10,882 nt of DNA from the NCBI GenBank assembly GCA_043826455.1, contig JBDRQD010000035.1:1-10882 (forward strand), in the 5' to 3' direction. Origin of the DNA: Candidatus Bathyarchaeota archaeon (GTDB lineage Archaea > Thermoproteota > Bathyarchaeia > TCS64). The notes under the pieces are model-generated. The model ran no database searches and was not told the origin of the DNA. It worked only from the letters and a program-made list of their open reading frames with translations. Position 1 is the first letter of the stretch, and every line of letters starts with the position of its first letter. The position numbers and the translations under genes were made by a program. Below, piece after piece: positions 6,476-10,882 of this stretch.

Positions 6476-7543
6476 CTATATGACGCCTGTGGACTCGGCC
6501 AGCTTCCGGGCCTTCGCCTCGTTCAGGGCGATCCTGCTTAGGATGGTGTATCTCTCAGGCCTGACCCCCTGGGCTATGGTTAGGGCTTTCACCAGTACAT
6601 CTGAGTCGATACCCAGCTCTTCGGCCGTTGTGGGGGCACCGATGATCTGCAGGCTTCTCCTGATGGCCTTCCAGTTTATTCTGTGGAGCTTAGCCATCAT
6701 GATGACGCCGACGCCGCATTGCTCTCCGTGGAGTGCTGGTTTCTCGGCTATTTTGTCCAGGGCGTGGCTAAAGAGATGGGCTGATCCACTGGTGGGTTTA
6801 CTGCTTCCAGCTATGCTCATGGCCACCCCGCAGCTCACGAGGGCCTCAAGAACTGTCCTTATACCCTCCTGAGCCTTCTGTTTGATTAGCGCCGCCTGCC
6901 TCATGACGTGCTCTGAGCTCATGAGGCTTAGGTTGCCCGCGTAGCCTCCGTAGTAGTCGCCGTTATCATCGTGGGCGAGCCTCCAGTCCCTTACCTCCGT
7001 GGCCTTGCTGATGATGTCGCCGCACCCCGCTGCCGTGAACCTGTATGGAGACTCGGCTATGATCTTACTGTCCATTATGACGGCGATGGGGGAGGCCGCC
7101 TTTACAGTGTAGGGCCTACCCATACCCTTCACAGAGGCCAGACTACTAGCTATTCCGTCGTGGGACGCGACTGTTGGGACACTTATAAAGAACCTGCTGG
7201 TCTTGAAGGCGCTGAGCTTGGCCACGTCGATGTTTCGGCCGCCGCCTACCCCCAGTATTACGTCAGCCTCCAGTTCCTCCACCTTTTCGGTGACCTTGCC
7301 CACCGTCTCCAGTGTGGCGTCCTCCACGAAGATGCACTCGGCCCCCAGGCCGTCGCCCTCAAGGAATCTTTGAACCTGCTTACCGGCCACATGATACGTT
7401 GTTTTGCCTGTAACTATGAGGGCTGCCCGGAGGCCTAGTTCACTGCACACAGAGCACAGCCTGTTGAGTATTGACTCGCCCACCAGGACTATTCTAGGTA
7501 GGTCTATCCTGTGGATAGCGTTAAGATGCTCAACATTCGTCAA
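6476..7543 (-). CDS. egsA: sn-glycerol-1-phosphate dehydrogenase (archaeal ether lipid backbone)
   Basis: GVGGGRNIDVAK, VPTVASHDGIAS, GDIISK, SGSxHLFSHALD, LHGEQCGVG and RPERYTIL motifs. TTG start. Confidence 0.95.
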   Translation of the reverse strand: MTNVEHLNAIHRIDLPRIVLVGESILNRLCSVCSELGLRAALIVTGKTTYHVAGKQVQRFLEGDGLGAECIFVEDATLETVGKVTEKVEELEADVILGVGGGRNIDVAKLSAFKTSRFFISVPTVASHDGIASSLASVKGMGRPYTVKAASPIAVIMDSKIIAESPYRFTAAGCGDIISKATEVRDWRLAHDDNGDYYGGYAGNLSLMSSEHVMRQAALIKQKAQEGIRTVLEALVSCGVAMSIAGSSKPTSGSAHLFSHALDKIAEKPALHGEQCGVGVIMMAKLHRINWKAIRRSLQIIGAPTTAEELGIDSDVLVKALTIAQGVRPERYTILSRIALNEAKARKLAESTGVI

Positions 7544-7569
7544 TACTTGTATCTGCCTTTCACGCGATT

Positions 7570-7698
7570 ACGGTTTTAATCAGGTTGGCGTATACATATG
7601 TCTTTTCCTGATCAGGAAACCTTTTTAAAACGCGTATCTTTTTAAAGTACTTGGTCTTCCTTTCTAGGATACCTCTCTCGTAACTCTTTGTTTAGGAG
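7570..7698. promoter_or_regulatory. Divergent promoter region egsA/psmB
   Basis: Minus-strand ATTAAAA about 30 nt upstream of the egsA start. TTTTTAAA elements near 7622-7630 and 7638-7647. AGGAG SD at 7694-7698 before the psmB ATG. Confidence 0.5.
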
Positions 7699-7706
7699 AA
7701 GCAGAA

Positions 7707-8339
7707 ATGTCTACAGATACAGGGATGCTGAAGGGCACCACGACCATAGGGGTCGTGTGCAAGGACGGAGTCATACTCGGCACAGATACACGGGCTACCA
7801 TGGGCACGTATGTGGCTAGTAAGCATGCGAAGAAAGTGTACCAGATCACGGATAACCTCGCCATGACCATCGCGGGTGGAGTTGCTGTTGCCCAGAAGGT
7901 GGTGGAGATACTGAAGGTCAACGCGCGGCTCTATGAGCTTGAGAAGAACAGGTCAATTCCTGTAAAGTCTGCGGCTAGGCTCGTGTCCAACCTCCTGTTC
8001 AGTAACCGTGAGGTGGGGATGCCTCTGCCTATGCAGGCTCTCGTGGGGGGCTTCGACGAGACCGGCCCCCACGTCTACAACCTGGACCCCTACGGGAGCC
8101 TCAACGAGGAGAAGATGGTCTCCACGGGCTCGGGTTCGCCCTTCGCCTATGGTGTCCTTGAGGCCGAGTTCAAGGAGGACAGCTCCGTAGAGGAGATGCT
8201 ACCCGTAGTGGTGAGGGCCGTGGACGCCGCCATGAAGCGCGATGTGGCCAGCGGCGACAGCTTCGACATCGTTGTCATTGGCGACGGCGGCTTTAGGGAG
8301 CTTTCTTCCGAGGAGAAGCAGTCAATATTGAATAGTTGA
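7707..8339 (+). CDS. psmB: 20S proteasome beta subunit
   Basis: A 10-aa propeptide ending in KG is followed by catalytic Thr1 (TTTIG). DTRAT, KK and TGSGS motifs and RDVASG are present. Confidence 0.96.
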   Translation: MSTDTGMLKGTTTIGVVCKDGVILGTDTRATMGTYVASKHAKKVYQITDNLAMTIAGGVAVAQKVVEILKVNARLYELEKNRSIPVKSAARLVSNLLFSNREVGMPLPMQALVGGFDETGPHVYNLDPYGSLNEEKMVSTGSGSPFAYGVLEAEFKEDSSVEEMLPVVVRAVDAAMKRDVASGDSFDIVVIGDGGFRELSSEEKQSILNS

Positions 8340-10264
8340 GTTCGATTCCAATGGACAGTACGCAGGGCCTAACATACTCTGAGATAAGACAGGCTATACT
8401 AGACAAGATACCGCCGGAGGTGGGGATAACCCGGATAGAGTTTGAGGGTCCTCGGCTGGCGATATACTGCCACAAACCTGAGATTCTGCAGGAGAGCAGC
8501 CATATAGTGGGGGAGATCGCGGGCATCATCAAGAAGCGTATAGTGATCCGCAGCGACCCCACAGTCAGGATGCCAGAGCTCCAGTCCGAGAACATAATCA
8601 AGGACATTCTACAGGAAGCGGGCCTAGTGCAGGCCTACTTTGACCCCGCCCTGGGTGAGGTGGTGCTGGAAGTGGAGAAGCCGGGCGTGGCCATAGGTAA
8701 GAACGGTTTAAACGTGCTGGAGATCGTTAAACGGACTCACTGGAGCCCCAACTTCGTGCGCTCGCCGCCCATCCCATCCATGACTATAAAGCAGATCAGG
8801 GGCTTCCTGTACAGCAGGAGCAAGGAGCGGGAAAAGGTTCTCAGGGATACTGGTGAAGCCATCTTCAGGCCCATATACCAGCAGGCAGGTGATGTCAGGG
8901 TCACCTTTCTGGGGGGCAGCAGGCAGGTGGGCCGCTCAGCCATACTCATCAAGACCCGTGAGAGCGAGATACTCATGGACTGCGGCATCAACCCAGGCAG
9001 CAGGACACCCATCCAGAGCTACCCGCGGCTTGACGTTGAGGAGTTCGACATTAACCGCCTGGACGCCGTGGTCATCACCCACGCCCACCTGGATCACTGC
9101 GGCTTCCTACCCTACCTATATAAGTACGGGTACAATGGGCCTGTGTACTGCAGCGAGCCCACGGCCAGTGTCATGACGCTTCTGCAGAGCGACTACATCG
9201 ACGTCACCATGAAGGAGGGCAAGGTGCCGCCCTACAGCGCGGAGGACATCTTCGAGGTCATACTCCACACCATTCCCCTGTCCTACGGGGAGGTCACCGA
9301 CGTGTCCCCAGATATAAGGCTCACCCTCCACAACGCGGGCCACATCCTGGGCTCAAGCCTAGCCCACCTCCACATTGGGAAGGGCCTCCACAACATAGTC
9401 TACACGGGTGACTTCAAGTTCGGTCCCACGGCCCTCCTACAGCCGGCGTCCACCTACTTCCCCCGAGTAGAGACACTCATTATGGAGGCCACTTACGGGG
9501 CCCCTGACAACAACTCCCCCAGCAGGGACGAGACGGAGGGGGAGTTCGTGAGCATCGCCAACCATACCCTCAAGAGGGGAAAGGTCCTGATCCCCGTCCC
9601 CGCTGTGGGTAGGGCCCAGGAGATACTTATGGTCATCAACAAGTACATGGAGCAGGGGGACCTACTGGAGGTGCCCGTGTACATCGAGGGCATGATCAGC
9701 GAGGCCACGGGAATACACACGGCCTACCCCAACTACCTGAGCCACGAGATAAGGGACCAGATCCTTAAGGCGGGGGTGAACCCCTTCGAGTCGGACTACT
9801 TCACCGTCATCAAGCAGCATGACAGCCGGGACGAGATAGTCGCCGGAGGCCCCTGTATCATCATGGCTACGGCGGGCATGATGGAGGGCGGCCCCGTGCT
9901 GGAGTACTTCAAGAGGCTGGCCCCCGATAAGGAGAATGGCCTCATCTTCGTCAGCTACCAGGTCTCGGGCACACTGGGGCAGCGCATCCAGTCAGGGATG
10001 GCGTCAGCCCAGCTCTACAACCAAGACGGTAAGATGGAGGTCATCAACATAGACATGAGCACCCACACCGTCCACGGGTTCTCCGGCCACAGCGACAGGA
10101 GGCAGCTCATGAACTATGTGAAGAGGCTGAGGCCCCAGCCCAAGAAGGTGTTCGTGGTCCACGGCGAGGAGAGTAAATGCGAAAATATGGCCCGCTCCAT
10201 AAGCAAGATAAGGGGCGTCAGAGGGTACGCGCCAAGGTTGCTGGACACCTTCGCCCTGGCCTAG
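8336..10264 (+). CDS. fttA: Archaeal beta-CASP ribonuclease aCPSF1 / transcription termination factor FttA
   Basis: N-terminal KH domains (IEFEGP, KPGVAIGKNG), MBL motif HAHLDH, and GHILGS, YTGD, EATYG, FSGHSD and VHGE motifs. The TTG start overlaps the psmB TGA; an alternative ATG is at 8351. Confidence 0.95.
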   Translation: MSSIPMDSTQGLTYSEIRQAILDKIPPEVGITRIEFEGPRLAIYCHKPEILQESSHIVGEIAGIIKKRIVIRSDPTVRMPELQSENIIKDILQEAGLVQAYFDPALGEVVLEVEKPGVAIGKNGLNVLEIVKRTHWSPNFVRSPPIPSMTIKQIRGFLYSRSKEREKVLRDTGEAIFRPIYQQAGDVRVTFLGGSRQVGRSAILIKTRESEILMDCGINPGSRTPIQSYPRLDVEEFDINRLDAVVITHAHLDHCGFLPYLYKYGYNGPVYCSEPTASVMTLLQSDYIDVTMKEGKVPPYSAEDIFEVILHTIPLSYGEVTDVSPDIRLTLHNAGHILGSSLAHLHIGKGLHNIVYTGDFKFGPTALLQPASTYFPRVETLIMEATYGAPDNNSPSRDETEGEFVSIANHTLKRGKVLIPVPAVGRAQEILMVINKYMEQGDLLEVPVYIEGMISEATGIHTAYPNYLSHEIRDQILKAGVNPFESDYFTVIKQHDSRDEIVAGGPCIIMATAGMMEGGPVLEYFKRLAPDKENGLIFVSYQVSGTLGQRIQSGMASAQLYNQDGKMEVINIDMSTHTVHGFSGHSDRRQLMNYVKRLRPQPKKVFVVHGEESKCENMARSISKIRGVRGYAPRLLDTFALA

Positions 10265-10267
10265 GAC

Positions 10268-10579
10268 CTACTCCTTGTTTCTCCAGATCCTGACGTTCTT
10301 GGGGGTGATGATCACCCTCTCCTCGCCGAGGCGGGCGATGTCGCCGTCGTTGCTCTGGGCGTACTCGTTGAGCTCGTTGATGCCCCTCTTCACGTCCTCG
10401 ATGTTGTGCTTGGCCAGGGGAGCCACGTTACATATCACGATGTTGCCTGCCCGTACCTCGGCCTTGATGACGTCGATGTCCTCGTAGGCCCTGAGGGGTA
10501 TGGCTTTGATGTAGCGGGTGCCTCTGAGCTCCTCATCCTCTTCGGATTTGCCTACTAGGCGGTCGAGCATGCCCTTCAT
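10268..10579 (-). CDS. sepF: Archaeal cell division protein SepF (FtsZ membrane anchor)
   Basis: N-terminal amphipathic MKGMLDRLVG, then EVRAGNIVICNV...GDIARLGEERVIITP, matching the archaeal SepF core. Confidence 0.85.
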   Translation of the reverse strand: MKGMLDRLVGKSEEDEELRGTRYIKAIPLRAYEDIDVIKAEVRAGNIVICNVAPLAKHNIEDVKRGINELNEYAQSNDGDIARLGEERVIITPKNVRIWRNKE

Positions 10580-10598
10580 CTGGTCTCAGCCTCGGTAC

Positions 10599-10614
10599 TT
10601 TTATTATATATTTA
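10599..10614 (-). promoter_or_regulatory. Probable TATA box of sepF (AAATATATAATAAAA on the minus strand)
   Basis: AT-rich TATA element about 25-30 nt upstream of the ATG at 10579, consistent with a leaderless or short-leader transcript. Confidence 0.55.
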
Positions 10615-10657
10615 GTGGAGCGGGTATAGATGTTTCTACCCTTGTGTGCTTATATTA

Positions 10658-10882
10658 TTATCTAACGTTGCTGATGCCTGGCCTTGTGCATGAATATTGA
10701 TGGGGGATGCGTGTCAGCCATGTTTCGTGGTCTTCAGCCTCTATTTTTTCGGGCTTTATTTCGTCGGTCTTCTGGGCTGGAATACTTGTTCTCCGTGTGT
10801 GCGCGCCGGGGGGGGGGGGGCGGGGGGTCCCTTCGCCGCCGCCACGATTCCAGGTTTTATAGCCTTTTTTCTGGTTCGGAGG
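10658..10882 (-). CDS. Possible 3' fragment of an ORF running off the window edge (75 codons including the stop)
   Basis: The minus-strand frame is open from 10882 to the TAA at 10658-10660 (PPNQKKGYKTWNRGGGEGTPRPPPPGAHTRRTSIPAQK...NVR). This may be chance, because the strand is T-poor. Confidence 0.2.
   Translation of the reverse strand, partial: PPNQKKGYKTWNRGGGEGTPRPPPPGAHTRRTSIPAQKTDEIKPEKIEAEDHETWLTRIPHQYSCTRPGISNVR
10793..10845 (-). repeat. Right, inverted copy of the GC-rich motif (minus strand: GTGGCGGCGGCGAAGGGA-C6-G-C13-GGCGCGCACACACGG)
   Basis: 20/24 identity to positions 1-24. On the plus strand there is a G13-C-G6 tract at 10808-10827. Confidence 0.8.

Noticed and set aside
7707..10264. 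psmB-aCPSF1 gene coupling as a novel system
   Set aside because: This adjacency is an already described, widely conserved archaeal gene context.
10518..10700. 60-aa plus-strand ORF overlapping the sepF start
   Set aside because: It is antisense to sepF, runs over its promoter, and has no protein-like features.
1..10845. Composite transposon or integrative element bounded by terminal inverted repeats
   Set aside because: No transposase or integrase is present, the cargo is essential housekeeping genes, the repeats are diverged, and target-site duplications cannot be assessed.
10808..10860. Orc1/Cdc6 origin recognition box (G-string near TTCCAG)
   Set aside because: It lacks the TCCA-GTGGAAA dyad in the correct arrangement relative to the G-string, and there is no cdc6 gene or long AT-rich unwinding element in view.
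1..10882. CRISPR array, tRNA or rRNA genes
   Set aside because: No regularly spaced repeats or cloverleaf/rRNA signatures were seen, and intergenic spaces are short.

Overview
Archaeal chromosomal DNA, most consistent with a TACK lineage such as Bathyarchaeia (inferred from gene content and style, not from a search). The core is a block of housekeeping genes. On the minus strand lie egsA (sn-glycerol-1-phosphate dehydrogenase), cdc48, a 72-aa winged-helix ORF, fen1, an Isf-like flavoprotein and a PH-like protein. Divergent from these are the proteasome beta subunit (psmB) and the beta-CASP nuclease aCPSF1/FttA, which converges on sepF. The left end holds a hypothetical ORF, a divergent cysteine-synthase-family gene and an ArsR-like HTH regulator. 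The most unusual signal is non-coding: both ends of the window carry the same ~50-bp GC-rich motif (GYGGYGGCGGYGAWGGGACCCCCC, then a C-tract, then CACAC) in inverted orientation, each adjoining a zone of strong, mirror-image A/C versus G/T strand bias. Also notable are an operator-like palindrome in the cdc48 promoter and several motif deviations in otherwise conserved proteins. No transposase, integrase, CRISPR array or structural RNA gene was recognised.
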